Below, one piece after another: positions 24,768 to 34,900 of a stretch of DNA of 64,000 bases (the stretch's first letter is position 1; the number at the start of each line of letters is the position of its first letter). Under the pieces are notes generated by a model. It searched no databases and had not been told where the DNA came from. It was given only the letters and a program-made list of their open reading frames with translations. Source of the stretch: Mobula birostris (taxonomy: Eukaryota); NCBI RefSeq assembly GCF_030028105.1, contig NC_092374.1, positions 181,119,487-181,183,486 on the forward strand. The letters are read 5' to 3'. A program made the translations under genes and the position numbers.

Positions 24768-24965
24768 TGTTACCACAGGCAGCTGTGGAGGACAGGCCGT
24801 TGGGTGTATTTAAGGCAGAGATTGATCGGTTATTAATCGGACACGGCATCGAAGGTGACGGGGAGAAGGCCGGGGAGTGGGGAAAAAACGGATCAGCAAT
24901 GATTGAATGGCGGAGCAGACTCGATGCGCCAAATGGCCTAAATCTGCTCCCATGTCATGGTCTTC
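24768..24965 (+). mobile_element. CR1 LINE 3' end in gene B intron 1
   Basis: gtatttaaggcagagattgatcgg...ggcctaaatctgctcc matches the CR1 3' end at about 17.5-17.66 kb. Confidence 0.75.
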
Positions 24966-25348
24966 ATAAAAACCACTCTATCTGAATACGTCTCCAATAT
25001 ACGTTGCTGATCCTTTACGTTCAGTACTGGAAATTTCAGCTCTTTGGTTCGCTGAGCTGTTCTTAGAGCCCGTCTGTGAAATTCAATATTAACATTACAC
25101 TAGGGGAGAACACATTCAAGTGGTGATTAGTCTGTTCTGCCTTGCACAGTAACTGATGGAAACAACGCCAGAATTTAGATTCCGCAGCCCCGTCCGAGCT
25201 TGGCGACAGACAGCCGAGTTGATTTAGGTCTGCAGCAGTCGGGCCAATGCGCTAACAGGGTGTCCAAATGTGTCTCTTTTAAACCAGTTTGCAAGTTACA
25301 GTTTGTCAATGATACCCACCACATATTGTTTTATGTCCGCTGAGCCAG

Positions 25349-25352
<4 letters not shown>

Positions 25353-25414
<62 letters not shown>
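25353..25414. repeat. (GT)n microsatellite, about 31 units
   Basis: Seen directly in the sequence. Confidence 0.97.
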
Positions 25415-25416
<2 letters not shown>

Positions 25417-25917
25417 CGGGGGGAGAGGGGTGTAGTACCCTGACGAGTCCAAGGGGCGGTCTCCTGGGACGAGAGGTAGTTGCTTGCGGAGCCTTCGGTG
25501 ATCCCGCCCGGAGGTTGTTTTTGAGAGATCTGGATTAAAATAACACAACCCAGTCTGCTGATGCCAGCTCTGAAAGCGCTTTCTGGTTAGTAAAACCGCC
25601 TCGCCCTTTCTCCACCAGCCTGCATTTATCTTATGCTCTTAAATCTAGTATCCAAACAGAAACCAACTATTCAATCTGCGGAAACACGAGGAATTCTGCA
25701 GATGCTGGAAATTCAAGCAACACACATCAAAGTTGCTGGTGAACGTACACCAACGATATGTGTTGTTTATTCAATCTGCGGGACGTGGTTTTATTAAATA
25801 TCAGTTCCACCAACATCTGACACGGACGTACGTAGTATATTCGTTGCTTTGAATACATTCTGAAACAACCTTGAAACACAAACTGTTTGTCTGATCGTTA
25901 GTTCTGAAAACTCTTAC

Positions 25918-25978
25918 CGTTAACAACAACGAGGTAGGTAAAAAGATAGAAGCTGCACAGCCCAGAAGCTTCTTTCAA
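25918..25978 (-). CDS. Gene B leader (signal peptide) exon (LKEASGLCSFYLFTYLVVVN-A)
   Basis: Strong donor G|gtaaga in phase 1; hydrophobic core; spliced product VVNA/AVTL fits a -3/-1 cleavage site. No in-frame ATG (TTG at 25976-25978; possible acceptor at 26005). Confidence 0.6.
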
Positions 25979-26519
25979 TGGCACTTTGTCGGAGGCCGTG
26001 TTTACTGTTAGAGTAAGTTGAGTTTCTGGAATGAGTATTTAAATGCCGTGTTGATACTCGTCCAGTCTCGGCTTAGGGATGGACCTCAGCTCAGCAGCAG
26101 CTCAGGTAGTTCGGTGCTTCCGGGAAGAGCGAGTGGACTATCTAAATTTACATAAGAGTTAAATACTTCATTGGCCGTATACGATCGCTGTTCGACACTA
26201 GATTCACACTACGGAAAAATAATATTGCAACGCCAAGTTCAAGCAAATGACTCTCGACCCCGCCTTCCCACCAAGAAACAAACCATTAACATTCAACACT
26301 TTCTCGAGAACAAAGGCAATCACACAGACGTAAACTATTGCTCTTAGGCCACGTGCAACAGTCTTTGTCTCTGACCTGCTGGGGGGCGCATTTCTCCAAA
26401 TCTCTTTCAGATACACTGATAACAACAGGGCGGTTGCTTCCTACACTTCTGCAGAACTCGAAAATATCATCACTTTTCCAATCAGTTCTCATTCCGCCGT
26501 CAACTTCAGGAGCCTCCAA

Positions 26520-26960
26520 ATCAGAATCAGGTTTATTATCACAAACGTGTTGTTTTGAGTATCAATGCACGACAAAAATTCTGAAAGTAACATGAAGTGA
26601 GTAAATAGAAAGAGAAAAGGTGAGACAGTGTTCATGTGTTCATTGACCGCTCAGAAGTCTGATGGCGGAGAGGGAAAGATGTTGCTAAGACGTTGACTGT
26701 CGGTCTTCAGGCTCCTGTATCACCTCGTTAATGGTAGTGATGATAAGAGGGCCTATCCCGGATGCTGAGAGTTCCTCATGAAGCAGCGCATTTTGAAGGT
26801 GTCTTCCGATGGTGTACAGGGAATTGCCCGTAATGGAGCTGGCTGGTATAACTTTCCAGGGAACCTGTTTTGGTCCTCTGCGATGGAGTCTTCATATCAG
26901 ACCAGTCAGAATGATCTCCATGGTACATCTGTAGAAATTTACTAGAGTCCTTAGTGACAT
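26520..26960 (-). mobile_element. Rex1/Babar-like LINE 3' end
   Basis: Reverse tail tcagaatcaggtttattatcac; body similar in reverse to the 14330 and 49390 copies. Confidence 0.6.
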
Positions 26961-26963
26961 AAG

Positions 26964-27056
26964 CAGATATCCCACCCTGCAAAAACTCATTTCGGGGAGG
27001 TAGCACCATCAATTTGCGGGAGACTCCCAGAACTTCCGGTAGAGGTGGGATGTCTG
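26964..27056. mobile_element. 93-bp MITE derived from the hAT at 47066-48486
   Basis: TIRs cagatatcccacc / ggtgggatgtctg; both ends match the termini of the larger element; flanks cataag/caatag. Confidence 0.8.
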
Positions 27057-27103
27057 CAATAGAGCAGCTCCTTAGCAGCTAGCCAGCTAGTTTAAATAAC
27101 GCT

Positions 27104-27799
27104 CACAACACGCTGGAGGAACTCAGCAGGTTGGGCAACATCCGTGGAAAAGATCAGTCAATGTTTCAGGCCGGAACCCTTGTCAGGACTGTAGAGGGAA
27201 GGGTGAGAGACCCTATAAAGAAGGTGAGGGGAGGGTGGGAAGGAGAAGGCTGGTAGGTTCCAGGTGAAAAACCAGTAAGGAGAAAGACAAAGGGTGGGGG
27301 AAGGGGGAAGCATGGAGGTGATAGGCAGGAAAGGTGAAGAAAGAATAGGGGAAAACACAATGGGTAGTAGAAGGAGGTGGAACCAAGAGGGAGGTGATAG
27401 GCAGCTGGGGGAGGGGGCAGAGTGAAATAGGGATAGAGGAAGGGAGGGGGAGGGAATTACTGGAAGTTGGAGAATTCTATGATCATAGCAAGGGGCTGGA
27501 GACTACCCAGATGGTGTATGAGGTGTTGTTTCTCCTACCTGAGTTTAGCCTCATCATGGCAGTAGAGGAGGCCATGTATGGACATATCTGAATAGGAGTG
27601 GGAAGCAGAGTTGAAGTGGGTGGCTACCAGGAGATCCTGTCTGTTGTGGTGGACGGAGTGGAGGTGCTCGATGAAGCGGTCCCCCAATCCGCGTTGGGTT
27701 TCACTGATGTAGAGGAGGCCACATCAGGAGCACCGGATGCAATAGATGACCCCAACAGACTCACAAGTGAAGTGTTGCCTCACCTGGAAGGACTGTTTG
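27104..27799 (-). mobile_element. Penelope-like element, GIY-YIG endonuclease region and 3' end
   Basis: Minus-strand translation QSFQVRQHFTCESVGVIYCIRCS.CGLLYISETQRGLGDRFIEHLHSV; cut at 27799 by the LTR-like insertion. Confidence 0.85.
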
Positions 27800-28070
27800 T
27801 GTCAGAAGGCGGTGGTTGGGAATGGACCCAAGTGCAAGACACAGACACTAAAGTACTAGGGACAGGACTAGGATACAGGCTGAGGGCAAGGACATGGACA
27901 GGAAAACCAGGAACCTGGAACAAGACTGGACAAGAGAGCTAGCATCCCAGTCTTGGACTCTGAGCTAAAAACTGGACAAGGACTCAGTACCTGGTCTTGC
28001 CTCTGGCTCGGACCCCAGAACTAGGCAAGGACGAGGCTTGCAGGCAGGACGAGGCTGGTGTCTTCAGGCT
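27800..28070 (-). mobile_element. LTR-like terminus of the element hosting the minisatellites
   Basis: Begins tgtcagaa (TG...CA terminus) exactly where the Penelope breaks; ggacccaagtgcaagacacagac resembles fish Gypsy-type LTR ends (from memory, not searched). The other terminus was not found. Confidence 0.5.
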
Positions 28071-28610
28071 TGAGGCTAGAGGCTAGAGACTTGGCTTGGC
28101 TTGGCAAGAGGATAGAGGATAGAGACTTGGCTTGGATGGCAAGAGGCTAGAGGCTAGAGACATGGCTTGGCAAGAGGATAGAGGATAGAGACTTGGCTTG
28201 GATGGCAAGAGGCTAGAGGCTAGAGACATGGCTTGGCAAGAGGATAGAGGCTAGAGGCTAGAGACGGCTTGGCTTGGCAAGAGGCTAGAGGCTAGAGGCT
28301 AGAGACTTGGCTTGGCTTGGCAAGAGGCTAGAGGCTAGAGGCTAGAGACTTGGCTTGGCTTGGCAAGAGGCTAGAGGCTAGAGACTTGGCTTGGCAAGAG
28401 GCTAGAGGCTTGGCTTGGCAAGAGGCTAGAGGCTTGGCTTGGCTTGGCTAGAGGCTAGAGGCTAGAGACTAGAGACTTGGCTTGGCTTGGCAAGAGGCTA
28501 GAGACTAGAGACTTGGCTTGGCTTGGCAAGAGGCTAGAGGCTAGAGACTTGGCTTGGCAAGAGGCTAGAGGCGAGGCTTGGCTTGGCTTGGCTAGGTTAG
28601 AGGCTAGAGG
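28071..28610. repeat. Minisatellite A: mosaic of (GAGGCTA)n and (CTTGG)n modules
   Basis: Repeated gaggctagaggctagagacttggcttggcttggcaa with variable module counts. Confidence 0.9.
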
Positions 28611-28808
28611 CTAGGCAGGAGGCTGGAGTCTTCAGGCTAGAGGCTAGGCAGGAGGCTGGAGTCTTCAGGCTAGAGGCTAGGCAGGAGGCTGGAGTCTTCA
28701 GGCTAGAGGCTAGGCAGGAGGCTGGAGTCTTCAGGCTAGAGGCTGGGCAGGAGGATGGAGTCTTCAGGCTTGAGGATAGGCAGGAGGCTGGAGTCTTCAG
28801 GCTAGAAG
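28611..28808. repeat. Minisatellite B: six 33-bp units (ctaggcaggaggctggagtcttcaggctagagg)
   Basis: Six units counted; gives the SSLKTPASCLA repeat on the minus strand. Confidence 0.92.
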
Positions 28809-28909
28809 GTAGGCTGGAGACTGGAGGCTGGATAGACTCCAAGCCAGAGACTGGACAAGGACCCAGTACTTGGGTCTTGCCTCTGGCTCGGACCCCAGAA
28901 CTAGGCAAG

Positions 28910-31900
28910 AGACGAGGCAAAGCAGGGCTGTGGGCAGGAGCCTTGAGGCGAAGCGAGGCGAGGCTGGGGGTAGGAGCCTTGAGGCGAGGCGAGGCGATGC
29001 TGAGGGCAGGAGCTTTGAGGTGAGGCGAGGCAAAGCAAGGCGATGCTGAGGGCAGGAGCCTGGAGACGAGGCAAGGCTGGGGGTACGAGCCTTGAGGTGA
29101 AGCGAGGCTGGGGGTACGAGCCTTGAGGCGAGGTGAGGCGAGGCTGGGGGAAGGAGCCTTGAGGCGAGGCGAGGCTGGGGGCAGGAGCCTAGAGGTGAGG
29201 CGAGGCTGAGGCTGGGGACAGGAGCCTTGAGGTGAGGCGAGGCTGAGGGCAGGAGCCTTGAGGCGAAGTGAAGCGAGGCTGTGGGCAGGAGCCTTGAGGT
29301 GAGGTGAGGTGAGGCGAAGCTGGGGGCAGGAGCCTTGAGGCGAGGCTGGGGGCAGGAGCCGTGAGGCGAGGCGAGGCTGGGGGCAGCAGACTTCAGGTGA
29401 GGCGAGGCTGGGGGCAGGAGCCGTGAGGCGAGGTGAGGCTGGGGGCAGCAGACTGCAGGTGAGGCGAGGCTGGGGGCAGGAGCTCTGAGGCGAGGTGAGG
29501 CTGGGGGCAGGAGTCTTGAGGCAAGGGGAGGCGAGGCTGAGGGCAGGAGCCTAGAGGTGAGGCGAGGCTGGGGGCAGGAGCCTTGAGGCGAGGCGAGGCT
29601 GGGGGCAGGAGCCTTGAGGCGAGGCGAGGCGACTCTGAGGGCAGGAGCCTTGAGGCGAGGTGAGGCTGGGGGCAGGAGTCTTGAGGCAAGGGGAGGCGAG
29701 GCTGAGGGCAGGAGCCTTGAGGCGAGGCGAGGCGAGGCGAAGCGAGTCTGAGGGCAGGAGCCTTGAGGCGAGGCGAGGCTGGGGGGCAGGAGCCTTGAGG
29801 CGAGGCGAGGCTGGGGGCAGAAGCCTTGAGGTGAGGGGAGGCGAGGCTGAGGACAGGAGCCTTGAGGCGAGGCTGGGGGCAGGAGCCTTGAGGCAAGGGG
29901 AGGCGAGGCTGGGGACAGGAGCCTTGAGGCGAGGCGAGGCGACTCTGAGGGCAGGAGCCTTGAGGCGAGACGAGGCGAGGCGAAGCGAGGCTGAGGACAG
30001 GAGCCTTGAGGCGAGGCGAGGCTGGGGGCAGAAGCCTTGAGGTGAGGGGAGGTGAGGCTGAGGACAGGAGCCTTGAGGCGAGGTGAGGCTGGGGGGCAGG
30101 AGCCTTGAGGCGAGGCGAGGCGAGGCTGAGGACAGGAGACTTGAGGCGAGGCGAGGCGAGGCTGAGGGCAGGAGCCTTGAGGCGAGGTGAGGCTGGGGGG
30201 CAGGAGCCTTGAGGCGAGGCGAGGCGAGGCTGAGGACAGGAGCCTTGAGGCGAGGCGAGGCGAGGCTGAGGACAGGAGACTTGAGGCGAGGCGAGGCTGG
30301 GTGCAGGAGCCTTGAGGCTAGGCGAGGCGAGGCGAGGCTGGGGGCAGGAACCTTGAGGGGAGGCGAGGCTGAGGACAGGAGCCTTGAGGCGAGGTGAGGC
30401 TGAGGGCAGGAGCTTTGAGGCGAGGTGAGGCTGAGGACAGGAGACTTGAGGTGAGGCGAGGCTGGGGGCAGGAGCTTTGAGGCGAGGTGAGGCTGAGGAC
30501 AGGAGACTTGAGGTGAGGCGAGGCTGGGGGCAGGAGCTTTGAGGCGAGGTGAGGCTGAGGACAGGAGACTTGAGGTGAGGCGAGGCTGGGGGCAGGAGCT
30601 TTGCGGCGAGGCGGGGCTGGGGGCAAAAACATTGAGGCGAGGTGAGGCGAGGCTGAGGGCAGGAGCCTTGAGGTGAGGCGAGGCTGGGGGCAGGAGCTCT
30701 GAGGCGAGGTGAGGCTGGGGGCAGGAGTCTTGAGGCAAGGGGAGGCAAGGCTGAGGGCAGGAGCCTAGAGGTGAGACGAGGCGAGGCGAAGCGAGTCTGA
30801 GGGCAGGAGCCTTGAGGCGAGACGAGGCGAGGCGAAGCGAGTCTGAGGGCAGGAGCCTTGAGGCGAGGCGAGGCTGGGGACAGGAGCCTTGAGGCGAGGC
30901 GAGGCGACTCTGAGGGCAGGAGCCTTGAGGCGAGACGAGGCGAGGCGAAGCGAGGCTGAGGACAGGAGCCTTGAGGTGAGGCGAGGCTGGGGGCAGGAGC
31001 CTTGAGGTGAGGGGAGGCGAGGCTGAGGACAGGAGCCTTGAGGCGAGGTGAGGCTGGGGGGCAGGAGCCTTGAGGCGAGGCGAGGCGAGGCTGAGGACAG
31101 GAGACTTGAGGCGAGGCGAGGCGAGGCTGAGGGCAGGAGCCTTGAGGCGAGGTGAGGCTGGGGGGCAGGAGCCTTGAGGCGAGGCGAGGCGAGGCTGAGG
31201 ACAGGAGACTTGAGGCGAGGCGAGGCTGGGTGCAGGAGCCTTGAGGCGAGGTGAGGCGAGGCTGGGGGCAGGAACCTTGAGGTGAGGCGAGGCTGGGGGC
31301 AGGAACCTTGAGGCGAGGTGAGGCGAGGCTGAGGGCAGGAGCCTTGAGGCTAGGCGAGGTGAGGCGAGGCTGGGGGCAGGAGCCTTGAGGCGAGGCGAGG
31401 CGAGGCTGAGGGCAGGAGCCTTGAGGGGAGGCGAGGCTGGGAGTAGGAGCCTTGAGGCAAGGCGAGGCGAGGCTGAGGGCAGGAGCCTAGAGGAGAGGCG
31501 AGGCTGGGTGTAGGATCCTTGAGGCGAGGCGAGGCGAGGCGAAGCGAGTCTGAGGGCAGGAGCCTTGAGGCGAGGTGAGGCGAGGCTGAGGGCAGGAGCC
31601 TTGAGGCGAGGTGAGGCGAGGCTGGGGGCAGGAGCCTTGAGGCGAGGCGAGGCGAGGCTGGGAGCAGGAGCCTGGAGGCGAGGCGAGGCTGGGGGCAGGA
31701 GCCTTGAGGCGAGGCTGGGGGCAGGAGCTCTGAGGCGAGGCGAGGCTGGGGGCAGGAGCCTTGAGGCGAGGCGAGGCTGGGGGCAGGAGCCTTGAGGCGA
31801 GGCGAGGCGACTCTGAGGGCAGGAGCCTTGAGGCGAGGTGAGGCTGGGGGCAGGAGTCTTGAGGCAAGGGGAGGCGAGGCTGAGGGCAGGAGCCTTGAGG

Positions 31901-34900
31901 CGAGGCGAGGCGAGGCGAAGCGAGTCTGAGGGCAGGAGCCTTGAGGCGAGGCGAGGCTGGGGGCAGAAGCCTTGAGGTGAGGGGAGGCGAGGCTGAGGAC
32001 AGGAGCCTTGAGGCGAGGCTGGGGGCAGGAGCTGTGAGGCGAGGCGAGGCTGGGGGCAGGAGTCTTGAGGCAAGGGGAGGCAAGGCTGAGGGCAGGAGCC
32101 TAGAGGTGAGGCGAGGCTGGGGGCAGGAGCCTTGAGGCGAGGCGAGGCTGGGGACAGGAGCCTTGAGGCGAGGCGAGGCGACTCTGAGGGCAGGAGCCTT
32201 GAGGCGAGACGAGGCGAGGCGAAGCGAGGCTGAGCACAGGAGCCTTGAGGTGAGGGGAGGCGAGGCTGAGGACAGGAGCCTTGAGGCGAGGTGAGGCTGG
32301 GGGGCAGGAGCCTTGAGGCGAGGCGAGGTGAGGCTGAGGACAGGAGACTTGAGGCGAGGCGAGGCGAGGCTGAAGGCAGGAGCCTTGAGGCGAGGCGAGG
32401 CGAGGCTGAGGACAGGAGACTTGAGGCGAGGCGAGGCTGGGTGCAGGAGCCTTGAGGCTAGGCGAGGCGAGGCGAGGCTGGGGGCAGGAACCTTGAGGGG
32501 AGGCGAGGCTGAGGACAGGAGCCTTGAGGCGAGGTGAGGCTGAGGGCAGGAGCTTTGAGGCGAGGTGAGGCTGAGGACAGGAGACTTGAGGTGAGGCGAG
32601 GCTGGGGGCAGGAGCTTTGAGGCGAGGCGGGGCTGGGGGCAAAAACATTGAGGCGAGGTGAGGCGAGGCTGGGGGCAGGAGCCTTGAGGTGAGGTGAGGC
32701 TGGGGGCAGGAGTCTTGAGGCAAGGGGAGGCGAGGCTGAGGGCAGGAGCCTAGAGGTGAGACGAGGCGAGGCGAAGCGAGTCTGAGGGCAGGAGCCTTGA
32801 GGCGAGGCGAGGCTGGGGGCAGAAGCCTTGAGGTGAGGGGAGGCGAGGCTGAGGACAGGAGCCTTGAGGCGAGGCTGGGGGCAGGAGCTGTGAGGCGAGG
32901 CGAGGCTGGGGGCAGGAGTCTTGAGGCAAGGGGAGGCAAGGCTGAGGGCAGGAGCCTAGAGGTGAGGCGAGGCTGGGGGCAGGAGTCTTGAGGCAAGGCG
33001 AGGCGAGGCTGGGGGCAGGAGCCTTGAGGCGAGGCGAGGCTGGGGACAGGAGCCTTGAGGCGAGGCGAGGCGACTCTGAGGGCAGGAGCCTTGAGGCGAG
33101 ACGAGGCGAGGCGAAGCGAGGCTGAGGACAGGAGCCTTGAGGTGAGGGGAGGCGAGGCTGAGGACAGGAGCCTTGAGGCGAGGTGAGGCTGGGGGGCAGG
33201 AGCCTTGAGGCGAGGCGAGGTGAGGCTGAGGACAGGAGACTTGAGGCGAGGCGAGGCGAGGCTGAGGGCAGGAGCCTTGAGGCGAGGCGAGGCGAGGCTG
33301 GGGCAGGAACCTTGAGGGGAGGCGAGGCTGAGGACAGGAGCCTTGAGGCGAGGTGAGGCTGAGGGCAGGAGCTTTGAGGCGAGGTGAGGCTGAGGACAGG
33401 AGACTTGAGGTGAGGCGAGGCTGGGGGCAGGAGCTTTGAGGCGAGGCGGGGCTGGGGGCAAAAACATTGAGGCGAGGTGAGGCGAGGCTGGGGGCAGGAG
33501 CCTTGAGGTGAGGCGAGGCTGAGGGTAGGAGCCTTGAGGCGAGGCGAGGCTGGGGGGCAGGAGTCTTGAGGCAAGGGGAGGCGAGGCTGAGGGCAGGAGC
33601 CTTGAGGCGAGGCGAGGCTGGGGGCAGAAGCCTTGAGGTGAGGGGAGGCGAGGCTGAGGACAGGAGCCTTGAGGCGAGGCTGGGGGCAGGAGCTGTGAGG
33701 CGAGGCGAGGCTGGGGGCAGGAGTCTTGAGGCAAGGGGAGGCAAGGCTGAGGGCAGGAGCCTAGAGGTGAGGCGAGGCTGAGGGCAGGAGCCTTGAGGTG
33801 AGGCGAGGCGACTCTGAGGGCAGGAGCCTTGAGGCGAGACGAGGCGAGGCGAAGCGAGGCTGAGGACAGGAGCCTTGAGGCGAGGCGAGGCTGGGGGCAG
33901 AAGCCTTGAGGTGAGGGGAGGCGAGGCTGAGGGTAGGAGCATTGAGGCGAGGTGAGGCGAGGCTGGGGGGCAGGAGCCTTGAGGCGAGGCGAGGCGAGGC
34001 TGAGGACAGGAGCCTTGAGGCGAGGTGAGGCTGGGGGGCAGGAGCCTTGAGGCGAGGCGAGGCTGAGGGCAGGAGCCTTGAGGGGAGGCGAGGCTGAGGG
34101 CAGGAGACTTGAGGCGAGGCGAGGCTGGGTGCAGGAGCCTTGAGGCGAGGTGAGGCTGGGGGGCAGGAGCCTTGAGGGGAGGCGAGGCTGAGGGTAGGAG
34201 CATTGAGGCGAGGTGAGGCGAGGCTGGGGTGCAGGAGCCTTGAGGTGAGGCGAGGCTGAGGGCAGGAGCCTTGAGGCGAGGCGAGGTGAGGCTGAGGGCA
34301 GGAGCCTTGAGGCAAGGCGAGGCTGGGGGCAGGAACCTTGAGGGGAGGCGAGGCTGAGGACAGGAGCCTTGAGGCGAGGTGAGGCTGAGGGCAGGAGCTT
34401 TGAGGCGAGGTGAGGCTGAGGACAGGAGACTTGAGGTGAGGCGAGGCTGGGGGCAGGAGCTTTGAGGCGAGGCGGGGCTGGGGGCAAAAACATTGAGGCG
34501 AGGTGAGGCGAGGCTGGGGGCAGGAGCCTTGAGGTGAGGCGAGGCTGGGGGCAGGAGCCTTGAGGCGAGGCGAGGCTGGGTGTAGGATCCTTGAGGCGAG
34601 GCGAGGCGAGGCGAAGCGAGTCTGAGGGCAGGAGCCTTGAGGCGAGGCGAGGCTGGGGGCAGGAGCCTTGAGGTGAGGCGAGGCGAGGCTGAGGGCAGGA
34701 GCCTTGAGGCGAGGCGAGGCAAGGCTGAGGGCAGGAGCCTTGAGGCGAGGCGAGGCGAGGCTGGGAGCAGGAGCCTGGAGGCGAGGCGAGGCTGGGGGCA
34801 GGAGGCTTGAGGCGAGGTGAGGCGAGGCTGAGGGTAGGAGCCTTGAGGCGAGGCGAGGCAAGGCTGAGGACAGGAGACATGAGGTGAGGCGAGGCTGGGG

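Larger units (their letters stand above)
25000..26510 (-). promoter_or_regulatory. CpG-enriched 5' region of gene B (putative promoter/CpG island)
   Basis: Visibly high CpG density relative to the CpG-depleted background; spans the leader exon; GC-box-like ggggcgg/cccgccc. Not quantified. Confidence 0.35.

Noticed and set aside
25306-25548. ORFs with (CV)n or (HT)n
   Set aside because: Translations of the (GT)n microsatellite.
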